A stretch of DNA of 62,800 nucleotides from Promethearchaeia archaeon (GTDB taxonomy: Archaea > Asgardarchaeota > Lokiarchaeia > Sigyniarchaeales > SOKP01), in contig JAHQWH010000012.1 of assembly GCA_029856105.1 (NCBI GenBank), forward strand, positions 1 through 62,800. The letters are read 5' to 3'. The notes under the pieces are model-generated. The model saw nothing but the letters and a program-made list of their open reading frames with translations. It searched no databases and had not been told where the DNA came from. This document shows, one piece after another, positions 18,354-28,525 of the stretch; position 1 is the first letter of the stretch, and every line of letters begins with the position of its first letter. The position numbers and the translations under genes were made by a program.

Positions 18354-20339
18354 ATGATTGATGTACAACTTGGAAATTATCCAATTATTATTAAACCAAA
18401 TTTGGGTAATCCCATTTTATTGAACTTAAGAGACTACAAAAATCGAGACCAAGTTCCATTTAATAACTTGTCGTTCGAAGCTCTAGTAATAGCAACTCCG
18501 TCTCATTCAACAAAAAAAGTTTTAGAACACTTCCATTTGAACATATTTATCCAGCCAATTTTAAAAGATAACGGCGATTTTTTGGAAAGACGAGGAGATC
18601 TAATCGCTTTACATATGGTTGAAATCGAAAAAATTGAAAAATTAGATTTTAGAGATCAGCCCGTTTTAGAGGAGTTAAATTGCGTGGTATGGGATATTAA
18701 TAATTGTGTTTTTCAATTTGACGATGTTTTTGGAAAAAGAAGCACGCTTTACAGAGTAAGGTTTCAAATACAAGATATTAAAAATATTGAAAATTTGTTA
18801 AAAGCCTCTAAAAGAGATTGTTTATTGTTTGATATAGTTCATGATGTCCCAAACATGAGCGAGAATAAAGTTAATTACCATAGTATCGCTATTTACGATA
18901 AAGATTGGAAAGATTTTAGCTTTATTCACGCTACAGATCTTCATATTGCAAGGAGAAATGACTTTATTTTAAATTATTTAAAACAAAATGTAAAGGCTAA
19001 GGTAAAAAATTGCGGTGGTAACGAAAAAAAAATATCAAAAATAAACAAATTTATTCTAACGCGAGATTTTGAACTCAAGGAAGAATTCCAAGAAGACAGA
19101 ATCGAAGAATTAAGAACAGCAAAATATAATTTTAATTATAATCTGAGAAAATTAATTGATTTTGCCAATAATAAAGTTTCGCAAAATAATTTAGATTTCG
19201 TTCTAATGACGGGTGATTTAATAGATTATCTTAATATCGCGAGAGGTAATTATCATTACAAGAATAATTTTCATGTTTTTATCGATATATTACTTGGATT
19301 GAATAAGGGTTTAAAAGAACCTCCCTATTTAGGAAACGATGAGGAGTTCGTTAATAAACAAGAAATTTTGGTTCCGATTTTTACCACTATTGGAAATCAC
19401 GACTATCGTAAAAACCACTACGGCATCAAATTTGGCCATGTTCATAAAATATTTGGTTTGACCCATTCAGATGTGAAAGGATATTACGATATCAAATTTT
19501 TTAATTACTTAACTGTCCTTCGAGCTAAAGATAAATTTTTAAAAGATTATTTTAGGTATATAAACCCTAATCTTAATTTTAAGCTTAAAATAGGAGATCA
19601 ATATAATTTCATATTTCTTGAGACAGGTCAGGATTCAATCGCAGATATGCATGACTTATTAAAAGGTGGTCCAAGTACAAAAGGAATTAAAGAATATCAA
19701 GTTGACTTATTACGTGCATATATAAGATTGGGTCATAATGAGAAAATTATTGTTGTCATGCATACACCTCCAGTTTCTCCCAATCTTAGTTATCTTAAAA
19801 GAAGAAAATTTAGAAGAAAATTTAAGATAAAAGGTAGACCGCTAAGTTGGTCAGATTTTTACGAAAGTAATTTAAGAAAATACAATGATACTGGAAGGTT
19901 AGATATGGTTTTAAACCTAAAGTACCAAACAATAATGTATAATTGGGCTACGCTTTTGAGAATTTTTACGGGATCAGATAAGATCATTAGGAGGAAAATA
20001 GACTTCGTTATGTGTGGCCACACACATACTTTAAAAGAGTATCGGTTAAAAGAAGCAAAAGAAACCGATCGAATAAATTTTGGTTTTTGGTTTTTCCCAA
20101 TTTATATCGAAGTACCTTGTGAAATTTACACTTCCCGGTATCGAGATAAATTTAAAGAAATTAAAGATCCTTTTGAACTAAAGGCTTGGTTTGACGTAAA
20201 TAAGCCCTTCGTATTTCAAACCCAAGCACTCGGTCCGCTTTCAGCAAAGTTCAAATTTAAACCACCAGGTTTTAGATATTATATTATTAAAAATAATCAA
20301 ATGGTTAGAGCTAAGGTCTTTTCATTACATTTAAAGTGA
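18354..20339 (+). CDS. Calcineurin-like metallophosphoesterase
   Basis: TDLH, TGDLID, GNHD, MHTPP and GHTH motifs. Confidence 0.88.
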   Translation: MIDVQLGNYPIIIKPNLGNPILLNLRDYKNRDQVPFNNLSFEALVIATPSHSTKKVLEHFHLNIFIQPILKDNGDFLERRGDLIALHMVEIEKIEKLDFRDQPVLEELNCVVWDINNCVFQFDDVFGKRSTLYRVRFQIQDIKNIENLLKASKRDCLLFDIVHDVPNMSENKVNYHSIAIYDKDWKDFSFIHATDLHIARRNDFILNYLKQNVKAKVKNCGGNEKKISKINKFILTRDFELKEEFQEDRIEELRTAKYNFNYNLRKLIDFANNKVSQNNLDFVLMTGDLIDYLNIARGNYHYKNNFHVFIDILLGLNKGLKEPPYLGNDEEFVNKQEILVPIFTTIGNHDYRKNHYGIKFGHVHKIFGLTHSDVKGYYDIKFFNYLTVLRAKDKFLKDYFRYINPNLNFKLKIGDQYNFIFLETGQDSIADMHDLLKGGPSTKGIKEYQVDLLRAYIRLGHNEKIIVVMHTPPVSPNLSYLKRRKFRRKFKIKGRPLSWSDFYESNLRKYNDTGRLDMVLNLKYQTIMYNWATLLRIFTGSDKIIRRKIDFVMCGHTHTLKEYRLKEAKETDRINFGFWFFPIYIEVPCEIYTSRYRDKFKEIKDPFELKAWFDVNKPFVFQTQALGPLSAKFKFKPPGFRYYIIKNNQMVRAKVFSLHLK

Positions 20340-20356
20340 AATGATCTGTTATTTTT

Positions 20357-21322
20357 TTATTGACCTTCTATTAATTCTATTACTTCTTCGTACGATGTAT
20401 TTGGCATAGGTCCGAAAAATTTAACTTTAAGAGCTCCAACTGCGTTTGCAAACAGTCCAATTCTTTTTAATTCCCATCCAGCTAAATACCCAACAATAAA
20501 TGCGCCTCCAAACGAATCTCCTGCCCCAGTGGGATCTATTTCTTTTACGCTAAATCCTGGGACGTTTATTCCATCAACGATCCCCGAAGAAAATATTTGG
20601 CACCCTTCTTTCCCTTTTTTTAAAACAACTAATTTGGGACCCATTTCCAGTAATTTCTTACAAGCTTTTTTCTCTCCTCTCACACCAGCTAACATTTCTG
20701 CTTCCTCACCGCTTGGGAATAATATAGTTGTCTTTTCTAACACTGGTTTTGATATTTTTATAATTGTTTTAATATCTAACATCTCAGGTCTCAAATTGGG
20801 ATCGAACGAAATAATTACTTGTGGATTTAGTGATTTGGCAATCTCAATTGCTTTATAACATGATTCTCGGGAACTTTCACTTATCGATAAAGAACTACCC
20901 ATAATGTGAAGAGTTTTGATGTTAGAAAAGTATTCTTTTTCAATATCTTCTGGAGTCACCTGCCCTGCTGCTCCCGGAGCAAAAATAAACTTGCGGGAGC
21001 CATCGGAATTGTATTGATTAAAAGCAATTCCCGTCGCTCTTTCTTTACTTACTCTTATTTTAGAAGTATCTACACCATCAATTTTCAATTTCTTAATAAT
21101 ACATTCCCCAAAATCGTCGTTTCCGATAACCCCAAAAAACCCTGTTGAAAAATTAAAAGGTGTTGACATACGCGCTGCTGAATCTATGAAGATTGCCGGA
21201 GCGCCGCTCGGAAAGGGGCCCTTATATAAACCCCCTTCCATACTATGAGGTATGTTATCTTCCGTTCTCATAATTTCAACAAGCAATTCGCCTAAACATA
21301 TAATCTCTGGATTCATTTTCAT
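20357..21322 (-). CDS. PfkB-family sugar kinase
   Basis: GPFPSGAPAIF, FDPNLR and DPTGAGDSFGG motifs. Confidence 0.93.
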   Translation of the reverse strand: MKMNPEIICLGELLVEIMRTEDNIPHSMEGGLYKGPFPSGAPAIFIDSAARMSTPFNFSTGFFGVIGNDDFGECIIKKLKIDGVDTSKIRVSKERATGIAFNQYNSDGSRKFIFAPGAAGQVTPEDIEKEYFSNIKTLHIMGSSLSISESSRESCYKAIEIAKSLNPQVIISFDPNLRPEMLDIKTIIKISKPVLEKTTILFPSGEEAEMLAGVRGEKKACKKLLEMGPKLVVLKKGKEGCQIFSSGIVDGINVPGFSVKEIDPTGAGDSFGGAFIVGYLAGWELKRIGLFANAVGALKVKFFGPMPNTSYEEVIELIEGQ

Positions 21323-21423
21323 GTTCTTAATTATCTTTGATATAATTAGAATAAAATTGGATTGCTAATAAAAATTTTAAAAAGTTTTAAAAAAATGAGA
21401 TGTTATTTTGATAAATTTTGCGA

Positions 21424-23175
21424 TTATACTATTCTAAAAAATATATCCACAAAAAAGATAATAAGAGGACACATTACTAAACAATATAATGCTATGCCAT
21501 TTTTATAAAATTTTGATATATACATAACTAACTGTCTGATGTAAAAAGTAATTACGCCAAATAAAATAAAAAACCCAATGTGAGAAATTATGCCTCCAAG
21601 TAATGGAGACGGTGGAATTGAAACGAATCCAACGAAAATTAGCAAAGAAACTAATCTTATTATCATCAAAAAGTAAACATGTTTAGGATTAAATTCTCTT
21701 AAAAATAGATAATCCATAACTCCTGAACCCAATCCTATGATTATATAAAAAAATATCGATGTGTTCAAGATGGGAATAATCGACTTGATCATAATAGTAG
21801 CATTTAGATTGTAGATAATTAAAAATATAACCATCGGTATTGATATCGCTAAGATTGTGTAAAAAAATAACGGAGCATCGTGTTTAAACCAATTTTTCCA
21901 TTCATCCTTCCAATTTGAATGTAATTCGCTTGGTATAAAAAGGAGAATGATGAGAGTAACTAAAGGATAGAGAACAAAATAGCCGTACATTAAGGAGACG
22001 TTAAAAATTAAGCATAGAATCCCTGTAATAAGAGCTGTTAGAAGGTAGGCGCTGGAACGATATATCATCATTTTTTTATATTTTTTACTTGCGGTTAATT
22101 CGTCAAATGGTGACTTTTCTCCAGGTAATTTTTCCCAATAAGGTTGAAGCTTAAAAATAATTACTTGAATGCTTATTCCTATAAACAGTAAAATTGAAGC
22201 AATAATAATTGAATTTTCTGAAATAATATTATCGGGATAAGCAAAAGGAATTAAATGTATATTAGCAACTTCGGACTCTAGATTAGAAATGTCAATTGAA
22301 GAATTGTAAAAATAATACTCAAACCAAACCAGTGAAAATTTTAAGGATGTATGGTCGTTTTCGTTATCAGTATGGCTTAACCCCGGTCTTAATTCTAATT
22401 CAATATCAGTTCTATTTTCACCGTTCAAAAGAGAATAAAAACTTATACTTGACTCAGGAGATACTAAAGTATCGCTGGTTCCGTGAATTAGCAATAAATT
22501 TTCTGTGTTTGTTTCGTTCGCAATATCGTAAGCATCTTGAATTTCTTCTAATCTTGTTACGGTAGGCGTAGTACCAATTAGATTCTGGAATGGAAAAGTA
22601 CTTAAGAATAAATCAAGAGATGCTAATGGATGATATAGCACAGTAGCATAAATTCTATCGTCTATTGCTTGAAGAATGGCGCCAATTCCTCCTCCATAAG
22701 AGAACGCAAATAAAGCAATGTGAGAAATGTTTGGAAAATCGTAATTGTTTTCAATATAGTCAAGAATTTCCACCATGTCGTATGGTTCCTTTCCCAAAAA
22801 TCCACTTGGTCCTGTAGATTCTCCGTGACCCCTTTGTTCAACTGAGAAAACGACAAACCCTCTTTTAACAAGCTGATATGCTTTATTTATGTTATCTTCT
22901 TTTCGAGAATTTATGCCATTTAGCATCAAAACCATTGGCACGGAATTATTATCGATACGATATAGATTTTCGTCAATATACATCACGCCTTTTATTGAAG
23001 CGCTATCTCGCATTTCTACAGAAAAATTTTCGTATACAATATTTTCTTCTCGAAAAAAATCTATTCTATCAGCACCTAAAGAAACGGCTGTGATAATAGA
23101 AACTATTGATAAAATAATCCCCGAAATGATCAGTAAAATTGATATCTGTTTTAGTAATTTTCTGCTTATCTGCAT
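21424..23175 (-). CDS. Membrane-bound alpha/beta hydrolase
   Basis: QRGHGES, nucleophile elbow AFSYGG, IHGTSD, SH; N-terminal TM and a multi-TM C-terminal half. Confidence 0.85.
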   Translation of the reverse strand: MQISRKLLKQISILLIISGIILSIVSIITAVSLGADRIDFFREENIVYENFSVEMRDSASIKGVMYIDENLYRIDNNSVPMVLMLNGINSRKEDNINKAYQLVKRGFVVFSVEQRGHGESTGPSGFLGKEPYDMVEILDYIENNYDFPNISHIALFAFSYGGGIGAILQAIDDRIYATVLYHPLASLDLFLSTFPFQNLIGTTPTVTRLEEIQDAYDIANETNTENLLLIHGTSDTLVSPESSISFYSLLNGENRTDIELELRPGLSHTDNENDHTSLKFSLVWFEYYFYNSSIDISNLESEVANIHLIPFAYPDNIISENSIIIASILLFIGISIQVIIFKLQPYWEKLPGEKSPFDELTASKKYKKMMIYRSSAYLLTALITGILCLIFNVSLMYGYFVLYPLVTLIILLFIPSELHSNWKDEWKNWFKHDAPLFFYTILAISIPMVIFLIIYNLNATIMIKSIIPILNTSIFFYIIIGLGSGVMDYLFLREFNPKHVYFLMIIRLVSLLIFVGFVSIPPSPLLGGIISHIGFFILFGVITFYIRQLVMYISKFYKNGIALYCLVMCPLIIFFVDIFFRIV

Positions 23176-23296
23176 CGAAATTACTAATTTTCTCTAATTT
23201 ATATAATTGTAGCTTTTATTTTATATAAAACAAGCTTTTATAATAGTATAAACCTTATTTAATTAACAATTCACTCTATTTACCAAGGCTTAATTT

Positions 23297-23551
23297 ATGG
23301 AATCAAAATGCGATATATGCGGAAAACCAGCCGTTGCTACTTGCTCAAAGTGCGGAATTCCCCTTTGTAGCGAACATATCGAGCATGGTATCTCGATAAG
23401 AACCAATGCCCCAACAATAGATTGCCCTAGTTGTCAAGTAAAGATGATTAAAAAGGTTAAAAAGAAATCTTATATTTTGGTTATTGTTTTTGTAGTTATT
23501 GCTGTCATTGTTATTCTTTATTTCAACAGCATATTCGGGTTTTTTGCGTAA
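23297..23551 (+). CDS. B-box/AN1-like zinc-finger protein with C-terminal TM anchor
   Basis: CDIC, CSKC, CSEH, CPSC, then a lysine run and one hydrophobic helix. Confidence 0.75.
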   Translation: MESKCDICGKPAVATCSKCGIPLCSEHIEHGISIRTNAPTIDCPSCQVKMIKKVKKKSYILVIVFVVIAVIVILYFNSIFGFFA

Positions 23552-23708
23552 AAAATAAAATCTTTTTGAAAAGTGAATAGTCTGTGTATAAAAATTTTTA
23601 CTTACTCTTTATAATTTCCATTATTTCTTATTTAAACGTTAAAAAAGATTATTTATTACGTTTCATAATACTTTCATAATAATAAGAATTAAATAATAGG
23701 GAATAACA

Positions 23709-24743
23709 GTGGGTTTAAAGACTAATATTACAGAAATGTTTGGGATTAAATATCCCATTATAGCCGCTCCAATGGGCCCGTTTTATACTACAGAATTAGC
23801 TGTGGCAGTTTCAGAAGCGGGAGGATTAGGAGTATTAAGTCATACTAATTTATTTGGAAAAAGTAGTTTATCTGAAATGAAGAAAAATATGGAATATGTC
23901 GTTGAGCATACTGATAAGCCTTTTGGCTTTAACATAAGAACTTCGAGAATGCAGATTGATGCACCAGGGCTCTGTCGGGCAATACCACGGTTCATAAACA
24001 ACAACCCGAAGATTAGAGAACAGTGCAATTATGTAATCACTAGCGCTGGAACGCCTAAAATGATTCAAAATAATGCGTTTAAGAAGCTTAAAGATGGTGG
24101 GTCAAATATTAAGCATTTTCACGTGGCACCTGCGTTATGGCTATCTGATAAATGCGTTGCTGCAGGTTGCGACGGTATGGTTATTACTGGTTGGGAAGGA
24201 GGCGGGCATCAATCGTATGAAAAAATAAGCTCTTTAGTACTTCTCCAGCAAGTTAAACAAAAGCATCCCGATTTCCCATTGATAGCTTGTGGTGGCTTTG
24301 CTACTGGAGAAGCCTTAGCAGCAGCATTAACCCTAGGAGCTGGAGGAATTGCTATGGGTTCTAGATTTATTGCCTCAAAAGAGAGTGAATTTCACGAAAA
24401 ATATAAAAATATCGTACCTTCTGCCAAAGCAACCGATACGACATGGGTTACTGGCGTTTTAGGTCCGATAAGGCTTTGGAAAAATAATTATTCGATGCAC
24501 CATGGTGTTGTTTCAAATAAAGAAGAAAAAATGGCGCTCGAGGCTGAACTTACTCCACAAAAGGCTTTAGAAGATCAAAAACATTACGAAATAACTTATG
24601 AAGGAAATATAGATGATGGTGCAGTTTTGTTAGGTCAAAGCATTGGTATTATCCACTCTATTGAAAATGTCAAAGATATTATTGAGAACATCATAAAGAA
24701 CGCTGAAAAGTCTTTGATCAGAGCTTCAAAATTAGTAATTTAA
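23709..24743 (+). CDS. Nitronate monooxygenase / FabK-like FMN oxidoreductase
   Basis: YPIIAAPM, VSEAGGLG, EGGGH, IACGG and MGSRF motifs; GTG start. Confidence 0.88.
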   Translation: MGLKTNITEMFGIKYPIIAAPMGPFYTTELAVAVSEAGGLGVLSHTNLFGKSSLSEMKKNMEYVVEHTDKPFGFNIRTSRMQIDAPGLCRAIPRFINNNPKIREQCNYVITSAGTPKMIQNNAFKKLKDGGSNIKHFHVAPALWLSDKCVAAGCDGMVITGWEGGGHQSYEKISSLVLLQQVKQKHPDFPLIACGGFATGEALAAALTLGAGGIAMGSRFIASKESEFHEKYKNIVPSAKATDTTWVTGVLGPIRLWKNNYSMHHGVVSNKEEKMALEAELTPQKALEDQKHYEITYEGNIDDGAVLLGQSIGIIHSIENVKDIIENIIKNAEKSLIRASKLVI

Positions 24744-24841
24744 ATTTTTTAATAAAAAATAGAAATTTTTTTATTTACAAAACTTTTTTTTAAAATATCA
24801 TTCCATAATATAATAAAGATTTATTAAAAAGGGGTGTTAAA

Positions 24842-25081
24842 ATGAAATCAAGGAAAAAAATTGAGCTTATTAATGAAATTTTAGATAGATATGACGATGG
24901 TACATGCTTTTACTGCGGAGCAACTCTAAATGGTGATTTGGAGGCTGAAGATTTTGATGATGGCTATTCTGCCGATTGGTGCCCTGACTGTTGCAAAAAT
25001 ATTGACCCTAACGATGATTGGGAAGAAGTATGCTTAGATGCAATAGATAAAGTTATTCATGATAGCCCCTTTAAGCCTTAA
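24842..25081 (+). CDS. Small acidic Cys-rich protein, probable zinc finger
   Basis: CFYC and CPDCC; D/E-rich; GGGGTG upstream of the ATG. Confidence 0.7.
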   Translation: MKSRKKIELINEILDRYDDGTCFYCGATLNGDLEAEDFDDGYSADWCPDCCKNIDPNDDWEEVCLDAIDKVIHDSPFKP

Positions 25082-25115
25082 ACCTTCAAGTGAAATATTA
25101 AAATAATTAAACTTT

Positions 25116-25544
25116 TTAACCTTTATTTCTCATCTCAGTTTCACATATGCAATGATTTGAACTTGTGATCTCTTCACCGCAAGGACACTTTTTGGGATGT
25201 CCATACTTCTTACAAATTTTATTTATAGTTTCACACGAGAGAAGTAGATTTAACTTTTCGCTCTCTCTATGAGCAAGTTCTGGTTTTACACCTAATTCGT
25301 AATATAATAGCGTTTCTATGAGTCCTGCGTGCCTAACTAATTCTTTTGCTAAATCATTCCCCTTAGATGTTAACTTGACTTCATGATAAGCTTCGTAATT
25401 CACATATCCTTTGCTTTTTAGTCTTTTAATACAACTACCTAAAGTTGAGTGAGCGATTAGCATTTTTTTTGAAAGATAACTAATTTTTATGGGTTCTTCT
25501 AAACGGTATATAAGCTTTATAACTTTATAATCTAAATCCATCAT
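25116..25544 (-). CDS. DtxR/MntR-family metal-dependent transcriptional regulator
   Basis: HTH, 'GYVNYEAYHEVKLTSKG', 'RHAGLIETLL', 'GHPKKCPCG'. Confidence 0.88.
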   Translation of the reverse strand: MMDLDYKVIKLIYRLEEPIKISYLSKKMLIAHSTLGSCIKRLKSKGYVNYEAYHEVKLTSKGNDLAKELVRHAGLIETLLYYELGVKPELAHRESEKLNLLLSCETINKICKKYGHPKKCPCGEEITSSNHCICETEMRNKG

Positions 25545-25575
25545 GATTTTTAGTTTAAAATCTCTATTTTTATTA

Positions 25576-26289
25576 TTATTTTATAAATATTTCATCTATT
25601 ATTTCTTTTACTCTTTTATCATTTGGATTGCCATCAAATACAATAGTACCATCCATTAGTAATAGTCTTGAACAATATGGAGTTAGTAAATCTAAATGAT
25701 GGTTTATAGCTATAATAGTAATATTGAATTTTTCATTTAATTCAGTAAGTAATTCCATTAACTCTTTTACCATTAAAAAATCCAAAGCGCTAGTCGGTTC
25801 ATCTAAAAGTATTACTTTAGGTTCAGAAACTAAGGCTCGTGCTACCATAACTTTTTGCAATTCTCCCCCAGATAAATGCCCAATTGGTCGATTCTTAAAT
25901 TTTCCCATGTGAACATCATGTAAAGCTTTCTCAGCTTGCTCTTTATCTTTAATTTTTAAAGGTTTTAAAAATCCAATTTTCCCATATAATCCCATCTCAA
26001 CAACTTCTAAAACTGAGGCAGGAAAAGTTTTTCGAGCTTTTGGATTTTGAGGTACATAACCAATATTTACTCGCATTTTTTTTAAATTATATGAGTTAAA
26101 TAATTTCACCGTACCTTCAATTGACTTTTTCAAACCTAATATTGTACTTAATAAAGAAGTTTTACCTGAACCATTTGGACCAAAAATTCCGATATATTCA
26201 CCTTGATAAATGTCTAAATTAATATTATTAAGTGCAATGGTATTTTGATATCCTACTTTAATATCTCTTAAACTAATAATTGGATCCAT
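25576..26289 (-). CDS. znuC: Zn/Mn ABC transporter ATPase
   Basis: GPNGSGKT, GYVPQ, LSGGE and LLDEP motifs. The true start is probably ATG 26289 (MDPIISL), in a TAATG overlap with the upstream gene's stop. Confidence 0.9.
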   Translation of the reverse strand: MDPIISLRDIKVGYQNTIALNNINLDIYQGEYIGIFGPNGSGKTSLLSTILGLKKSIEGTVKLFNSYNLKKMRVNIGYVPQNPKARKTFPASVLEVVEMGLYGKIGFLKPLKIKDKEQAEKALHDVHMGKFKNRPIGHLSGGELQKVMVARALVSEPKVILLDEPTSALDFLMVKELMELLTELNEKFNITIIAINHHLDLLTPYCSRLLLMDGTIVFDGNPNDKRVKEIIDEIFIK

Positions 26290-27347
26290 TATCTTCTCCT
26301 TCTTAAAATTATTCCTATAATAAATATTATTGCTACAGAAATCCCTATTATTAAAATTATTAACCATAAATCTAAGATTGGGGGGGGATCTAGCGGATGT
26401 GCTAATGCCCATATATCAAATTCGATCATCTGGGTATAATTCTCAATAGTAACATCTTTACCATTCCATTTAACATCTACATTTAATAAGGGTGTTAATA
26501 TAGCAATTTTAGAATTAGTTTCTCTTGCGATTTCATAGACATTTTCAGTTTCACGTTGGGGAGTAGTAACAATTAAATGGCAGTCTTGTTGTTTCATAAG
26601 GGTTATTATATTAGCTATATCTTTAGCAGAGGGTTCTTGTCCTTCTCCTTTCTCGATAGTCGCTATTCTCGAAATATTAAGCAAAGACTCTTGAAATAAG
26701 TAAAAGAAGGAGGGGTGATTCACAACTAATTTTGTTCCTTGAAAAATACTCTTAGCAGAATCTATTTCAATTAGTAATAAATCTAAAGTATTTATATAAA
26801 CCTCTGTGTTATTAGAAAAAATCCACTTATTGGATTGAAGTGGTTCATTATCCCAAAGAGTGTTATTAATTTTATTAGTAAAATTTATAATGTTATTAGG
26901 ATCCATCCATACATGAGGATTTGCAAATCCTAATAATGGATCTATCTTGAGAATTAATGGATCTACTAATTTTACTACAATAGAATCTTCCCATCCTGAT
27001 CTCCACCAAGGTTCTAAATCGGCTATTCCCAATCGGAAGATAATATCTGCATTTTCCAATGCTGATACCTCACTGCTAGTTGGTTCATATGAATGGGGAT
27101 CTTCTGCCCCACTTACAATCACAACAACATCTTGTCCAAGTATTTTTGTTACAATATCTTGAATTATTGTAATAGATGTAACTATATTTAAAGTTGTAGT
27201 AGATGGTTTAATCGTAGAATTAATTTGAGGATTTTCATAATCGGTTTCAATTGGAATATTTTCAACAAAAATCATTCCTGTAACCAGATAACCTATCAAG
27301 ATAAGAGCAAATATTCGATATTTTGAGTGAATTTTTATGTTGCCCAT
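26289..27347 (-). CDS. znuA: Zn/Mn ABC transporter substrate-binding protein (cluster A-I) with C-terminal TM anchor
   Basis: DPHSYEP, NPHVWMDP, HPSFFYL and EPSAKD motifs. Confidence 0.9.
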   Translation of the reverse strand: MGNIKIHSKYRIFALILIGYLVTGMIFVENIPIETDYENPQINSTIKPSTTTLNIVTSITIIQDIVTKILGQDVVVIVSGAEDPHSYEPTSSEVSALENADIIFRLGIADLEPWWRSGWEDSIVVKLVDPLILKIDPLLGFANPHVWMDPNNIINFTNKINNTLWDNEPLQSNKWIFSNNTEVYINTLDLLLIEIDSAKSIFQGTKLVVNHPSFFYLFQESLLNISRIATIEKGEGQEPSAKDIANIITLMKQQDCHLIVTTPQRETENVYEIARETNSKIAILTPLLNVDVKWNGKDVTIENYTQMIEFDIWALAHPLDPPPILDLWLIILIIGISVAIIFIIGIILRRRR

Positions 27348-27353
27348 TTAGTT

Positions 27354-27385
27354 TTACGGTTATTCGTAATTACGATTGATCGTAA
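27354..27385. promoter_or_regulatory. Two abutting 16-bp palindromic boxes TTACG-N6-CGTAA; candidate metalloregulator operator
   Basis: ttacggttattcgtaa + ttacgattgatcgtaa, directly upstream of the znuA ATG in the divergent znuA/znuB intergenic region. Confidence 0.65.
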
Positions 27386-27506
27386 ATAAGATTTAATATT
27401 ATTTAAATGTTCTCTTGGCATAAAATTATAAGGAATGGGTTTAAAATAAAATTAGAAAACACAAAAACTAATAAAAATGAACTAATTTTATCTAAATTGA
27501 AAAAAT

Positions 27507-28454
27507 ATGATTTATCAAAATTTTTTTGAAGCCTTAATGGAATTTACATTTTTACAACGGGCGTTAATAACATCAATATTAGTAGGAGTTATTTGTGGAT
27601 TAGTTGGAGTTTTTATAATTTTAAGACAACTTGTATTTATGGGAGCGGGAATTGCACATGCTTCTTTTGCAGGTGGTGCTCTTGGGATCCTTATTGGAGT
27701 TAACCCTTTCTTAACTATCTTTATGTTTGGTGCAGGTTCTGCGCTTACTATTGGATTTATTAATGAAAAGGGTTATGTAGAAGATAATAATGTTGCTGTA
27801 GGGATTATATTTTCGTTTACTATGGCTTTGGCGGTATTGTTTATTAGTTTAATACAAACTTATAATGCTGGTGTAAATGCTATTTTATTTGGAAATGTTC
27901 TTGTAGTTACAACCGAAGATCTTGTGCTATTAATTTTATTTAGTATATTCATTCTTGGAATTATATATTTCATGAAAAAAGAATTATTTTTTATGACTTT
28001 TGATGAAGAAATGGCAAGTGCTACCGGGTTACCCATTAGATTTTTGTCCTATTTGTTTTTAATATTAATTTCATTAGCTATTGTAGTCTCTCTAAAAGCA
28101 ATAGGTGCGATTTTAGTTTTTGCCATGATAGTTACTCCTGCTGCTGCAGCTTATCAGTGGAGTTACAAAATAAATAGAATAATATTACTTTCAATATTAT
28201 TTGGAGCTTTCTCCTCATTTTTAGGATTATTCTTCTCATATGAATTAGATTTGCCTTCAGGCGCTACTATTACTATAACAGTAAGTGTAGTTTTTGTAAT
28301 TTCAATGATATTTTCCCCAAAACGTCGCGCTGGTAAAGCTGTTGGCTCTAAACATGTAGATATTTGTGAAACATGTAAAAAAGCCGAAAATGAAGGGGAA
28401 TGTGCTTTATGCGCTCTTGAAGATGATGCTGAAACCCATAATCATAAACATTAA
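27507..28454 (+). CDS. znuB: Zn/Mn ABC transporter permease with Cys/His-rich tail
   Basis: GIAHASFAG, ILFGNVL, TFDEEMA, GAILV and PSGATI motifs; tail CETC...CALC...HNHKH. Confidence 0.9.
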   Translation: MIYQNFFEALMEFTFLQRALITSILVGVICGLVGVFIILRQLVFMGAGIAHASFAGGALGILIGVNPFLTIFMFGAGSALTIGFINEKGYVEDNNVAVGIIFSFTMALAVLFISLIQTYNAGVNAILFGNVLVVTTEDLVLLILFSIFILGIIYFMKKELFFMTFDEEMASATGLPIRFLSYLFLILISLAIVVSLKAIGAILVFAMIVTPAAAAYQWSYKINRIILLSILFGAFSSFLGLFFSYELDLPSGATITITVSVVFVISMIFSPKRRAGKAVGSKHVDICETCKKAENEGECALCALEDDAETHNHKH

Positions 28455-28525
28455 GAATTTAAAATACCAATAATAAGATAAATGCTCTTTTCATTGATAT
28501 TATTAAGAATTATTGAGGTTAATTA

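Noticed and set aside
26290-26412. N-terminal 41-aa extension of the ABC ATPase given in the ORF track
   Set aside because: It overlaps the znuA 3' end; ATG 26289 in a TAATG stop-start overlap is the more plausible start.
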